Counted from the whole stretch's first letter, positions 1 through 12,746 are shown. The stretch is 62,646 bases of DNA, filler included, from Choristocarpus tenellus KU-1152 (GCA_964200185.2; 14 parts of 14 records of this genome joined end to end with filler, not necessarily neighbours in it); one strand, 5' to 3'. The notes: generated by a model from the sequence alone, not told the origin. Made by a program: numbers and translations.

Positions 1-787
1 TTTCTTTTCCCTCCTGCGGATGCCGCCCAATCCCCCCAAAATCCGCGACAGAAAAATTGGCCCCCGAAGGGCCCCCGCCCCCCCCCCCCCCCCCAGATAC
101 TTTGACCCCTACCCTCTAAAATACTTTGACTCAAATCATGATGCTGAAGGTCCTCTCTCAGGACACATGCACATGGTGTGTATATCTTGAGGTTCATTAG
201 ACTGTTGCGAGAAGATCAGTGTTTCCATTTCATTTGGAGTGTTCCCTCCGATAGAATCAGCTGATCAGAAACCGCTAGTTCAGTCCTCATTGTCTTGTAC
301 TGATGATCAGTAGCAATCAGCTCATAAGCGGAGAAATTGAATTTCGAATTTGTACATAAGATGAAAAAGAGAAGAGGCATATTTCAAACTCTTAGGGATT
401 CAACATTGGTGCCGTGGAAGTCTTGTCCAACAGCTACAGATAGCTGTTTTTGACTGCTCGTATCCTGCTTTGTTGTAGTGTCCCATATACTCCACTGCCA
501 AGAGGGTTGCTCAGGTATGACAGGTCGAGGGTTGGAGTTAGGATGGAGGGGAGGAAGTAATGGGAATACACCTCATTGGCTCAGAGTGAAATGTGTGATA
601 TGTACTAATTGAACTGTTGTTCTTTGAACCATCTCACCTACAACCATAGGGCTAGGGTATTGCTCAGAAACACCCTGCTTATTTTGAGTGTAGGGCATTT
701 TCTCACTATAGGTTTTTCCAAAAAATGCAAAGTTTATGCACTTGATATATGCTGATTTTTTCTCCACGTGATACATGTTTTCCTCAG

Positions 788-2075
788 ACCTTTCTCAGCA
801 GTATAACAGAGGCACAGGCTGCTACAGAGCACATTTGGCAGCAGGTTTTTGAGACCCTTTCCCAGCAACAAAAAGGAAATGTCTTCTTACCAGGTGAGAC
901 ACACAGCTCTTTGGCGCTCTGTAGCATGTCAACGCAGCTCGGGACTGCAGTCCCCCCACTTGTTGCATGTGAAGATTACAGTCTCTGAGTTGCAACAACG
1001 CAAAGCACTAGAGAAAGAAACCTTTCTAAGCATGGCGGGAGGGCAAAGTGAGGAGATTCGCAAAAGGCCTTGGCCTAGTCAATCCCATGAGGGCTTGAAG
1101 AGGCCTCCTGAGAAGAAGGAGAGAGAGAGATAAGGAAGCAACAGAGAGGCCACATGGTTAACAATGGTTGAACATGGTCAAGGTTCAAGCTTTGCCCAAA
1201 TAGACACCAAAGCTTTTGAGAGGGAATACTCTGTAGCACTCTGTAGCAATCTGTAGCCCAACAATAAACCCAATTAGTCAAGTACTTAGAGAGAACTAAT
1301 ACTCCTCAGAATGCTCTGCATCCTTACGTTATCAATGTGGCAGATCCACCTACCAACACATCAGGGCGTTCAATACCAGGCAAGGAGGACGATATATTGA
1401 CAAGGAGCAGGAGGAGTAGAGGAGAAGGCCCTGCTGACATTCCACAGTGTATGAATCAGGTATTGGGGACAGGTCAGGTTGGGCCACCCCCTGTTGAAAC
1501 AGGGTCTCCAACACCACAAATGACAGAGTCGCAACTGAGAACTTGTGACATATATCCTGACACTGCCTCTGACCTTCTCCAAGGAGGATTGGGTATGGAT
1601 ATGGGAGATACTGATATAAATGTGGGGATCAGCATGATTGCATCTCAAGCAATCCTCAATAGGAGACTGGGCAACATTCGGGAGAGCCTGCAGTCTGTGA
1701 GTGGTAGAGATGTATGTCATCAGTACTAAGATATTACAGGGTGTTAGCTGTGCCCTCATGAGTGAAGAGTTGAGACTGATTTTTGTGATAATAGAATGCT
1801 TATCACATTCTGTTCCAGTGCCACCCTATTCTTTCTATTGCTATATGACATTCTTCAGACTAATAATGCCAGATCTTGGTTTAAAGTTTAAAGCCTTTCC
1901 ATTATCCATCGGGGGTCAAATCAAGGATTGATGGCTAGTGCAATCTTCACACAGCATTCCACTTCGGAGTATTGGAAGTGCATTGCATCCCAATGTACTA
2001 TTCTTCTTATCTTCCAGGTCTCTTCTCACCATGTTAATTTCCACCCCAGAACCCTGGAATTCAAAAGGCCAGGTT
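788..2075 (+). pseudogene. Decayed multi-exon gene of unknown function (weak Ulp1/C48-peptidase-like resemblance at the 3' end)
   Basis: Phase-compatible GT-AG exons: 788-893 (TFLSSITEAQAATEHIW), about 982-1160, about 1344-1711, about 1859-1994 (in-frame stop) and about 2018-2072. There is a stop or frameshift in a GA run near 1125. Confidence 0.35.
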
Positions 2076-3543
2076 TATATTTTATCCGAACCTTTTTTCG
2101 AAATGTCCGATAAAACTTGCATTTGTTCTTGATGAGGAACACAAAAAAATAGATTTTCAGTAGACAATAAAGTAGGTAGGAGTACGTAATAGGTCCTCAC
2201 ATTGGATCACTTAAATCTGACATAATTCCCATAGAATAATTAATACATATTTCGTAGTACCAACCAATTACGGTTTGTACCGTAGATCATAATTGTACGA
2301 ATTTTGTCTACAACCAGAACAATTTTTTTTAATATATTACCCTTTCTGTACGATCTTCAATTTGATTGTATTTCCGGTGTTATTTTAAACTCAATTACGA
2401 AAAATTAATGATGGAGTGGGGCGACAAAACTAACACGGGAACACTTTTGCAGGGATGATATTAATGCCACCTTTCATGTAGGTGAAGGAACTCAATATGA
2501 TCATTTGCGCGGGTTGAAAAACCTAGACAGAGTTGGAGAAGTGAGACAAGTCCTCTACGAATCAATGCATCAACCAAAAAACCATCAGCTTATTCTGTAA
2601 GAATGGAGGATAGTGATATATTGGGTTGAGGAATAGGCAAGACCCCCAAGGAGACATGGTGTAAAGGGCACGTGATTTACAACTTCTAGCTAAACTCTCT
2701 TAGTTCTTCATGGAGCGATGAGCAGTAGCGTAAAATCATCTATACATCTGGACGGGCATGTCACTTGAGCCTGTATGAATAGTTGACACAAGTCTGTGTA
2801 CATAGGAGTTGTACACCAACCAAGACTATTGTAGTGTTCACCTACATTCATACATATCCAAGATGTTGAATATGAAATGTCACCCCCTGTACACATATGT
2901 ATGTATATATGTCAAAACAAGCCATCAACCAGGTTCATCACATGAACAACTCCAGAGTGTGAATTATCTTCAATGCCCACTACCAGAATGTGGGGAGACT
3001 CCTTCACAAAAAAGGAGTTCTTAACGCCTTGTCAGGCATTTATGAGTACAATACGAAAGGATTGTTTGCACATTTGTTGTGTCTTCAATAAGTCAGTCGT
3101 GCATACTGGTAGAGTATGTATATACTCAGCATACATACAAGTATTTAATCAACATTTTAGTCTCAGATGTGGTGTTGATAGTTGGTGGTATAGTGTGAAA
3201 AGGTGGTGGAAAACGATTTGTGGCCCTCTCTTAACCGACACAAATGAAATGTTGTCCTATTTTTTCCTGCTACTAACCCTAACCCCAATTTTGTTACACA
3301 GAGGTGGGTAAAAAATGGTGGTGATCCAATTCGCGGATACTGGTGATGGTAGGAGCTGCTACATAAAAAAAAACTTCGATGTTGGAATCATTCTTGTACG
3401 TCTATGAGCTGCAACCATTGGTGAATCTTTCATTCCTAAGCAAGAATATATATGAGGTATTCCAATTTCAGAAACTTACCGTGCGTTCGACCGTACTTTT
3501 TTCCTCCTCCCCCATAACTTTAAATTACGTTTTTGTACCCACA

Positions 3544-3793
3544 GCTCAAGTACCGTGCCGAATCTTCAGGCAGGCTTGGTGACATTCATCACTACTCATC
3601 ACTGGCTGGTACAAGATCATACATCAAGAGGAGAAGTCACCCTCCGAAGACTCTGCAGGAGGCCCTTATGGTCGTGGACCCATCTCTCACGCCTCAGGAA
3701 GCAATGCACTTGGCCGAAAAAGAGGGTTTGGTGGAGTGTGGAGTCCAAGAACACAAAATTAACTCTCCTCCCTCCATGGACAAGACTTCTTGA
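3544..3793 (+). CDS. Probable terminal exon of an unidentified (possibly decayed) gene
   Basis: Pyrimidine-rich acceptor (ttttgtacccacag) followed by an open frame LKYRAESSGRLGDIHHY...MDKTS*. Upstream exon-like pieces at about 2450-2595 and 3168-3455 contain stops. Confidence 0.3.
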
Positions 3794-4684
3794 TGTTGTA
3801 TACTCTAGTCAGGTGTTAACCTCACAGCAAAAAAAAAGAATTGGCATTGTTGATTCGAGGTAATGCAGCATGGGTGGGGGCGGCACCTATCCTTTTCACT
3901 GTGTATTTAAGTGTTGAATGATTTTTACGAGTGGAATGGTGTGAACGTTCACCAACAAGCAACAAATTGTACACGCACTTGAGGGTCCCTGCAAAATGTG
4001 TCGCATTGACTGACCCAGGTGACCAGAAGAAATATGATGTCTCGTACGTTTGAAGGAACTGATGAGTAGTCCACTTAGTGATTGTGATTGACACACTTCA
4101 CCTGTCAGGCATTCGCGTTGCTGGTGTGTAATACGTTTCTTCTTTTGTGGTTTGTAGAGTAGAGTGAGCCAATGTAAACGATAAAGTTAACCTTAGCACT
4201 TGGATTGCAAATAGTTTAAGGAGTGTGAAATGGCCAAAACCTGGACACGTTTAGATCAGTTCAATAATATTGAAAACTGTTACAGGGGTGAGAAATGATA
4301 CATGGTAGGTAGAATGGGCAGGTCAGCTGTCCAGAGCACCATAAGACCGAAAATCGTCACTAAAAATGAAAGGACACAGGTAATCCTTGTTACATAGAAT
4401 GGCAATGTGACTGACCTGTCAGAATCGGGCGTGGGCATCAGATATCCATCAACGAAGAAAGAAAGAGCATTTACCACCGCATTCACCATGTCTCAGAGGA
4501 TTAATCAAACCAATGGTCATAGCACCTAGAGTTACAAACACTTGATTAAAACTTGCACTGGCAACTCTCAGGTACATGCACTCAGAAATACTCATTACAA
4601 TATGTGGCGCATACTTGGTGTGGCCTGTTGAATGCTCAATTAATTCAAGAATGTAATTGTAGTAATCCACTGCAGTTATCCATT

Positions 4685-5213
4685 GAGTCAAAGTAGACAA
4701 GAGGTACCCAGAACTTTATATTTCAAAAATGTTGACAATATGTACAAATTCGGCTTTTAAAAAAACCGTGTGTAGGATACTTTGTGTGAATTGTGTCGGA
4801 GATTCAAATAGTAGAGAAATAAACCCTCTCAATTTAAACTTAGAACTTCATCCTTTGATATAATAATATGAGTGAATTGTAAAATATCGAAGGACTCAAA
4901 GTATCTTAGAGGGTAAAGCCGCGTCGTTTGAAGCCAAAAATCCAATGTAACATGTTGCGATATTGATGTAATTTTGACCTAAGTGTCAATATCCTTGTTC
5001 TGAACACACCTTTTCATAACATACACATTTTACCTACTACAAAACATTTCGGAGTATTTTGGAGTAGGAAAACGTCATTAAAAAAATTGTGGGAAAACAA
5101 GTCCCAAATCGACAAACAGGGCAAAATTCGTACCCTCTAAGATACTTACACTCAAAAACAGAACAAAAAGGCAAATCGCGCTAAACCTGGGTACCTCTCG
5201 TTTACTTTGACTC
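4685..5213. mobile_element. Non-autonomous TIR element (GAGTCAAAGTA ends) with a nested ~260-bp MITE at 4893-5153
   Basis: Inverted ends gagtcaaagtagacaagaggtacccag / ctgggtacctctcgtttactttgactc. Inner element gactcaaagtatcttagagggta...taccctctaagatacttacactc. Confidence 0.75.
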
Positions 5214-5428
5214 ATAAATCACCCAAAAATCGATACATACATGAAAAAATTGACTCCAAATGGACAGCCTCCACCCCCCCCATATACTTTGAGCCTAATT
5301 TCAGAACCGACTCCCCGAAACTTCCTCTCAACATAAAAAGTATAGTAGTAATAGGGGGAGTATATTGAATGAAGTACGTTTCCTGTCCCTCGCTTCATCA
5401 TGTTTTGCCTCGGGAAAAAATACTACAA

Positions 5429-5603
5429 GACTCAAAGTATCTGGGGGGGGGGAGTGGCAGGTGTCCATTTGGGGCCATTATTTCATGTCGCGATTTTTGT
5501 GTGGTTTGGTTGCATACGTCGGATGGATAATGTAAGTGCACTTTTGCTGGTCATGACCCAAATGGATACCCTGGTGTAGACACCGCTCCCCCCCCCCCCC
5601 CCC
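5429..5603 (+). mobile_element. ~180-bp MITE family A copy (3' end truncated near the gap)
   Basis: ctcaaagtatctggggggg...gtccatttgggg...catgtcgcgattttt...ccctggtgtagac-polyC; matches the full copies elsewhere in the window. Partial ends also at about 80-132, 5215-5295, 5757-5796, 6017-6085, 6582-6675, 11836-11891, 25610-25691, 34620-34689, 38188-38208 and 53343-53367. Confidence 0.85.
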
Positions 5604-5656
5604 GCACCCAACGTCCAAGTATACTTCCTCCTGCTCAACCCCCTTACAGAAAGAAA

Positions 5657-5756
5657 NNNNNNNNNNNNNNNNNNNNNNNNNNNNNNNNNNNNNNNNNNNN
5701 TTAATTAATTAANNNNNNNNNNNNNNNNNNNNNNNNNNNNNNNNNNNNNNNNNNNN
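5657..5756. other. Artificial contig linker N44-TTAATTAATTAA-N44 (first of 13)
   Basis: Identical 100-nt spacer with stops in all six frames also at 11892-11991, 16333-16432, 19779-19878, 25510-25609, 28207-28306, 34520-34619, 38088-38187, 41861-41960, 47108-47207, 50409-50508, 53368-53467 and 58285-58384. Confidence 0.98.
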
Positions 5757-7275
5757 CAAATGGGCAGCCGTCACCCCCTCTCAGATACTTTGGGCCATAT
5801 ATATGTATTACGCATGAAAGGCAAGACTAGAAATCGGTAACCTACATAGATATGGCGTCGTGTCGATGAGATTTCAAATCAAATAATGATATTCATAAAA
5901 AAAGAAGCAGACATATATCCAAAATCAGTCACATTAGTAAATATGTAGGTGTCTCATGCATCAAAGTACAGAAACAATTCTGTAATGTATTATAATGATG
6001 CAATCAAATCACACAAAAAATCGCGTCATCGAAAAAATGGGCCAAGAATGGACAGCCGCCACCCTCCCCTGGATACTTTGAGCCAAAACTAGAGGTGGCA
6101 AGCTCAATGGAATTGGGTACGCCATCTCCAAGGAAGGGGCTACAAAATCAAACATCAACACGAATCAGTCAATGAAGAGCAAGAGTAATCAAGAAGTACC
6201 CAGTTTTTGGTCGTTTTCCATTATAAACCGGTTTTTCGATCTTTTTGCAATTCACTCATATTTGTATAGATGAAGCGTTAAGTCTGACTAGAGAGGGTTG
6301 ATTTCTTTGTTGTGTGAAACTTTTAACACGAGTCGGAAAATATCCCATACAACAATTGTAATAAAAACATAATTTTGGAGATATTGCCAGGATCCTTAAA
6401 ACGGCAGTATGTACCTCTCGTTTACTTTGACTCAAAGTAGGGTGGAGGAGGCGAAATTGAAGTTGAAGGATCGGTGTTTGGTTTTTATCCACACATTTTT
6501 TTTTACTTTTACGTAGAAGAAAAAGAAATTAGAGGAAAGTAGGAATGCTTGATGTCTTGGTTGACAAAACACAAATGTTTATGGATATTGTAAGTGCACA
6601 CTTTAAGTGTACTTTCCCTGTTCAGGATCTGAATGGACACCCTGGTGTACACCCCCCCCTCAGATAATTTGGCCCTTTTTTTTTCATTTTATTTACAGTT
6701 ATTACTGAACTGGAACTTATTAAGAAACAAGAAAAAAAGTCGAAAATATACCACGCCCACATCTTCTTGTTCCTTAGAAATATTTGAAAAAGGAAACTCC
6801 TTGCAAGCTCATTCGCTTGATCGATTCAAGTTCTACAGCCAGAAATATGAGGAAGAATTTGATCTTTGTTGGACAGGTCCTAGTCCTCTTCACTCCGTTG
6901 ACAATGGCGGTATACGGCGACAGATCAAGGTGTTATTCTTGCATGCCTTCTTGCATGTGGCAGTTGCACAGGTGTTCAAAGAAGATTGAGGGCATCTATT
7001 GCAATATTAACTAAGAGCACGTTCTGATACACTGCTCTAAGTGAACTACACATAATGCTATTTTGTTTACACTATGACGATGAGTCCTTAGCATTATGTC
7101 TGCACCATAGTGTGCGTTGTTCTATCATTGAATCATTTGGTTGATTTGAATACCACAAGTGGTCAACGCCTTACAGGCAGGAGAAATAGCGCAAAGTGCA
7201 ACAATTAAACCAAGAGGCCAATGTAACTAGTCTACATGTCGCATTTAACCGACAGGATACTCCCCATATCCTATT

Positions 7276-7480
7276 GTTGGCACCTCTTCATTTGGAAACC
7301 CTCAAAAGAACCAGACTGGAATTATAAACAGTATTTTTGTTGATTGTAGAGCCACTCTTCAGGTCAAAGAAAGTCTAATGTTGGCACCTCTTCATTTGGA
7401 AGCCCTCAAAAGAACCAGACTGGAGTTTTAAGCAGTCTTTTGGTGACGGTTGTGGAGCTGTCCTTCATGTGAAAAAACGT
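7276..7480. repeat. Tandem duplication, ~103-bp period, 2 copies
   Basis: tgttggcacctcttcatttggaa(a/g)ccctcaaaagaaccagactgga at 7276 and 7379. Confidence 0.8.
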
Positions 7481-9737
7481 CTGCAGACACGGTGGGTTGG
7501 CAACTATGTAATCCTACCTAGTGATATTTTATGGGTGCTTGCTATCAAGAATCATCTTCCTCAAAAGATGAGTCAGTGTCCAAGGCTGTGATCATCATGG
7601 AAAACAGACTGAGTATTACATTTCGATGGCATCAAGTCGCCAAGTGCAGAATCAGTGTGGCATCAAATGAAACGACTGCTACTCTATGTTGCTTGCCGAG
7701 TTTGTGGTAATGACCAAAGAAGTGTCCCATGTATTTTACATTTTTATGTGGAGGATGCCCATAGACAGGACTTCTCACCAGACAACACCTAACCAGTCCA
7801 GTCAGCCCATGGCCTTGTCCACTTACAATCTCAATGGCTCTGGTCCGGCCCTGTGAAGACATACTTCACCAGGTCAGCCTATGCCTCAATCCGGGTACAT
7901 ACACTCCCCAACAGTTCTGGATCAGTCCTGTGACATGAAATGTACATTGTAATCTTCACCTTTTAATCGGCTCTGTCAGGTTACTCCAAGTGTAGTGAAA
8001 GTCCAAATTAAAAAGCCTTACTACAGTAGAATGTACAGTCTAGTTGAAGTACATGAAAATATCAAACGTACTAGTATAGTCTAACCAGCAAATCATACAA
8101 TTTCCTATGTACTACAGCACTGTCGCCAAGAGTTGTGTATCTTCTTTGACTCCATATACTCTTTTTTTTTTATCATTTTTTCCTATCAGGTGCAGAAATA
8201 ACAACAAAGATGAAATATATACGTAAGTAACCGATTGATCCAGAAGGTATGGAAAGGGAGTTCCTCCTCCTCCTTCCTACTTCCACTGTAGTTTATAGGC
8301 TCTACTCTTTTGATAGAGAGCAGCACAAACCTCAAAGAATAGCTGTATTGTGTAGAGGATGGCAAGATATTTGATGGATACATCATTTTCCACATCTCAT
8401 ATGTCGCATAATCCCACAATGAAGCCACAACGGATTCTTCATCCACTGCAAGAGTCAAAAATGGATGGATCCCTTCCCACGCGCCACGAGTGATGGAACA
8501 CATTCAGTTAACTACGCCAAACATACAACAAACCTGAATCGATTGCTTTTGACTAGAGCTGCAAGAAATAACTAACCTCCTACCATATCCTTGGTTTTTA
8601 TATTTGTACATGCTAGTCTAGGGATTATCCTGAACCGTGGTCAGTGACAGTCAACTCTGCTTGCACTACTTCTCATAATACCTTGTGGAACTAACTGTCA
8701 CACTAACGACTACTTGCACTGCCTCCATCCATGCCCTTCTTCCCATGCATTCAGTTCAGCTATCCTACTGCTCATCACTCCACCTCCTTTCAATTTTGTG
8801 CTAGACCTCCCTTTGCGTCACTCTGCAATGCCATGTTGTTCTTGGTTCTTTGTGATATAACGACAGATAGGATAGTACAGGTGTACAATCTATACATGAA
8901 GTATTGGCCATTTGTAAAATGATCCCAATAATGCATTTATCACGATACATGGAGCAGGAGAGATCTCCATTTGTCGTTAAAATGTAAAGTGCTTTGTGAT
9001 GCATGTCCATCAAAACAAATTATGTTTCTGATGAATACCAGAGAGCAATACATCATAAAATCATGTTGTGCGCAAGTGATTTATTACCTATGGTAAGAAG
9101 GAAGAAGCAAAACAGTTACGCCATGGAAGCATTACGGATATAGTAAATAATGTGGGCAGTTCCATTATACATTGACTTGCACAAATTGCACTTAAGAGCA
9201 CTACCAGAAGTAGAGTGGTATTGATTCCTGGCAGTTACATCTCCCTGGCACACAGTTGTGGCAAGAATAAGTATAGCACTAAAACTAATTCTCATTGCTC
9301 CTGTGAAGGTAGATCAGGATCACATATGATGCCTCTGGCACTTCTCCCCTCTGCCTAATGTCAAACGTATTGCCTACGGTGACCCAAAGCGTCCATCACG
9401 GTATCGCTGCTCAACAATACCAACCATGAGCTGTATATGTCTATCAGCCAAAAAAATGACAACGTTTACTCAAGTTTCCCTGATTGAGTTGTGTCACATA
9501 CTATTTCCTACAACGTGCTCTAAATCGTGTCTGCGAACATTGTGGGACACCATGTCATCAACAGTGAGACAGAAATAATACATACTCCACTAAATGATTA
9601 CTATAGTGAAAGGTCTACAAGCAGTCTGGATTATTACTGCTTGCCAACTTATCACTCAGTATGATTAGCAGTGGAGATGAGGTCATACACAGCAGTCTGG
9701 CACCTCCTTGCACGAGCCAACACAAAAATTCTGAACA

Positions 9738-10156
9738 TTAGCCATGGGATATACAGCCTCCATTCATTGATCGTATTGATTCCAGCTTGACCTTCAGCTC
9801 CCGATCTCGATCCTCTAGATGGGCAACCGTTGATTCACGAGGCGTAAGGAATAGTAGGGAACCCTTCTTGAGGAAAACCTGAATCGATGACGGGCAAAAG
9901 TGTACCACAACTGGGTCGACGACTTAGCCATGGTAAACTGACAAAAGGGTGGATTGACTTCAAGGGAATAGAAAATATTTTTTGTGGAAGCATCTATCAC
10001 CTTTCTTCCTTTGGGTAGATGCTGTACCTCATACTTAGCCACCTCATTCTCCTGCAACTTAGAGCCGATAGCTATGCGTTTTGCCTGCAAACTTTCTCGC
10101 ATTTCTCTTTCCATCTTTGCGTCAGTAGCTCGTTCCGTCTCAAGTCTGGAAACCAT
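9738..10156 (-). CDS. ASDURF: Small beta-prefoldin-like protein, ASDURF-like (98 aa, 2 exons)
   Basis: complement(join(9738..9878,10001..10156)), with a 122-nt phase-0 GT-AG intron. Spliced product: MVSRLETERATDAKMEREMRESLQAKRIAIGSKLQENEVAKYEVQHLPKGRK|VFLKKGSLLFLTPRESTVAHLEDRDRELKVKLESIRSMNGGCISHG*. It has the helix-hairpin-helix prefoldin pattern and resembles, from memory, human ASDURF (SKIKEQ..ELSNLKKNRKVY...IFFLADR). Confidence 0.7.
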
Positions 10157-10359
10157 ATCTTCGAGAGTTGGCGGTTACGGAAGGCTTCTTTGACACACCC
10201 GAAGTGATGTCCCTAACGAATGAGGTGATTGTTTGAGAAGGTCATGAACAATAGTAGTGGTAAAGCAACAAGGGATAGGATTAAGGTCTTGGTGCCGACG
10301 CAATCGGTGTGGAAATCCTTATCAACTTCCACCCTCACACATCAACTCCCCTGACAATA
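10157..10359. promoter_or_regulatory. Probable bidirectional promoter (203 bp between divergent ATGs)
   Basis: The start codons of the ASDURF-like gene (-, 10156) and YAE1 (+, 10360) point away from each other, 203 bp apart, on one contig. Confidence 0.55.
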
Positions 10360-11262
10360 ATGGAAAACAAGCTAATCCAAGATTCTATCGCTTGGGTGGA
10401 GGATGCTTTCTTTGGTGATGATTTCGCCGACGAGGAAGCAATTGACAGTAGCAGTGGGGGAAAACAATGTCATGGTTACGACAGCATGACGATGGGGAAC
10501 AGGTGATACTGCAAAGTGATGAACTTCATCTCTTCAAATTTGTTACAATCTCTCTTTGTGCTGCTTTTGATTCCGATCAAACAAAAGCAAGGGAGCTATT
10601 CTACAAAATTCTTCTATCCTACATGCCTCTACATCGCTCTTTGAAAGCTTGTTAATACAACTTCGTCATTTCGACTAGATCGACGTTCCTCACAGCACAC
10701 TGAGTACACCTCCCTCCACCCTTCTTGTCCCATACATTGGCCATCGTACCCCAGAGAGCTGGCAAGATTGCGAAGCCGCCTTGTTAATGATGGATTCAGG
10801 GAGGGTCTGGACGCGGGTGTGGAGGAGGCATTGCAAGAAGGTTTTGAGCAAGGCTATGCACAGGGCATGACTGCTGGGTGGGAAACGGGATCGCTTTACG
10901 GGGCTGCGGCGGCGTTGGCAGCGGCCTCCGCCGGGGTGCAGCGCACAGGTTCTGTAGAAGGACTGGAGGAGAGTAAGGGATTGCCTTCACCTCTTGGACC
11001 AAACGTTCACGATACCAATGATGCGGTGATGTTAGGAAGAGCAACACAACACATTAGTGGGGCATCAGTAGATGTGTGTGAGAGTGCAGGGCGCACCCAC
11101 AGTAAAATAGGAGATCTTGAGACCCTGGTGAGAGAGCTGAGGATTGCCTGTCTTTCGGGCCCTGTTACCCCATCGACTGTTGTTAATATGAGAGCCAAGG
11201 CACTCCGAATACTTGGCGAGGCCCAAGGTGGAAGTACAGTTGTGGATTCCTTTTTGGCGTAA
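10360..11262 (+). CDS. YAE1: Yae1 (Yae1_N deca-GX3 protein; Lto1 partner, Fe-S delivery to Rli1/ABCE1)
   Basis: join(10360..10502,10755..11262), phase-2 GT-AG intron. Contains RELARLRSRLVNDGFREGLDAGVEEALQEGFEQGYAQGMTAGWETGSLYG, the Yae1_N motif. Confidence 0.88.
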
Positions 11263-12746
11263 TGAATGAATATTTCTTGTTTTTGGGACTCCCGTGATTA
11301 TTGTACTTCAAAGGAGGTCAAGGGTGTTCTTAGAGTGATGTATGGGGCATCTACTGTAAAGTCAACTGATTTGCTGTAGGACTTCGCCGATCAAGGAAGT
11401 ATCCATTTGCTGATACTTGAAAGTGTCTCCAAAACGACCACATACCATCTATCTCCCTTGTACCGTAATGATTCGCACCTTCATGCACATACACAAGTCA
11501 CACACAGACTTTGCAAGCAAGATTGAAAGGTGGTAGCATACGATTAGTCCTGATCATAGGTTTAGAGGTCCTTCATTTTCTACAAATGGTTCGTTCTCAC
11601 AAAACAAACTCGTTGTGAGTCTCGCCATGGTGCCTTTCAAGTCCCCCCTCACTTGTACATTCTTCGTTAAGACTGAATCTTAAGGAAATAGTATTAAATT
11701 GCGATCTGCTCAAGAATATTACCTTCTCCATGTTATCTCTTTTTTATGGACGTCCACTGTTGAATACACCACAGTGACTAATAGAATGAGTATTCTTCAT
11801 GCTGACATTCATTAGGGACAGAAGACATGATAACAGGCTCGAAGTATCTGGGAGGGGGTGGCGGCTGTCCATTTGGGATCAGTTTTTTCATNNNNNNNNN
11901 NNNNNNNNNNNNNNNNNNNNNNNNNNNNNNNNNNNTTAATTAATTAANNNNNNNNNNNNNNNNNNNNNNNNNNNNNNNNNNNNNNNNNNNNGGGTGGTAG
12001 TGGTGGTGATGGGGTTGAAGGTGTGTGTATGGGAGGAAGGGGTGGAGAGGAGGGTGGGGTGGGTTGGGGTGTGGGGGAAAGGGGTGGATTAGCCTGTGGG
12101 GTACAGTGGGTGGGGTGTGAGTTCTGGCCTGGAATATTGCGTAATGAGAAAATGTGGGCTTGGGCTGTGGTGGCATTATTCAAACAGGCTATAAGCTCGC
12201 TAGAGAGGGGGTGGGGTCTTTGGCGGGTGAGGGTAGTGTAGGTGTGGTTGAAGAGGGTGGGAATGAGCAAGTGTGTTCCGCATTGGGGTTTGTAAAAGGG
12301 TGGTTTGCATCTTCACAGAGGCCAACCGTGCAGGTGGGGTAGAGTGAGCAAACATAAGGGAAGGTGCCCCGATGGTCCAGGGAGAGCGGCGCTAGGTAGC
12401 TCATATCCTGATCAGATATTCATCAATGCCTCGTTCACGTATTACACTATATTTGTATTAATCGAGTCGTGTAATATAATGGCGCAATAATATACTAACA
12501 GTCACATGTTTCCCATTTTCTCCCTTGAATCATGTTTGCATGGCTTCAAGGCCAATCAGAACGGGGGGTGATGTGGAAAGCAGGTTTGCCTGTTGTTATA
12601 CCGTTATTGCTGTATGCCATATACTGTTACCCCGATTGAGGTTCCTTGTCAGGAATCCCAGATTCCAGTGGAGGATCTTCCGTGAGAATGAATCTTTGGA
12701 ATCTCTTCAAGCCAAGAGACCAGTTCCGAAGATACGGAACCTCAAC

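Noticed and set aside
5757-9737. ASNSD1 coding region downstream of the ASDURF-like gene
   Set aside because: No open MCGI-type start or asparagine-synthetase motifs were seen. The only MCG (about 6495, -) stops immediately.
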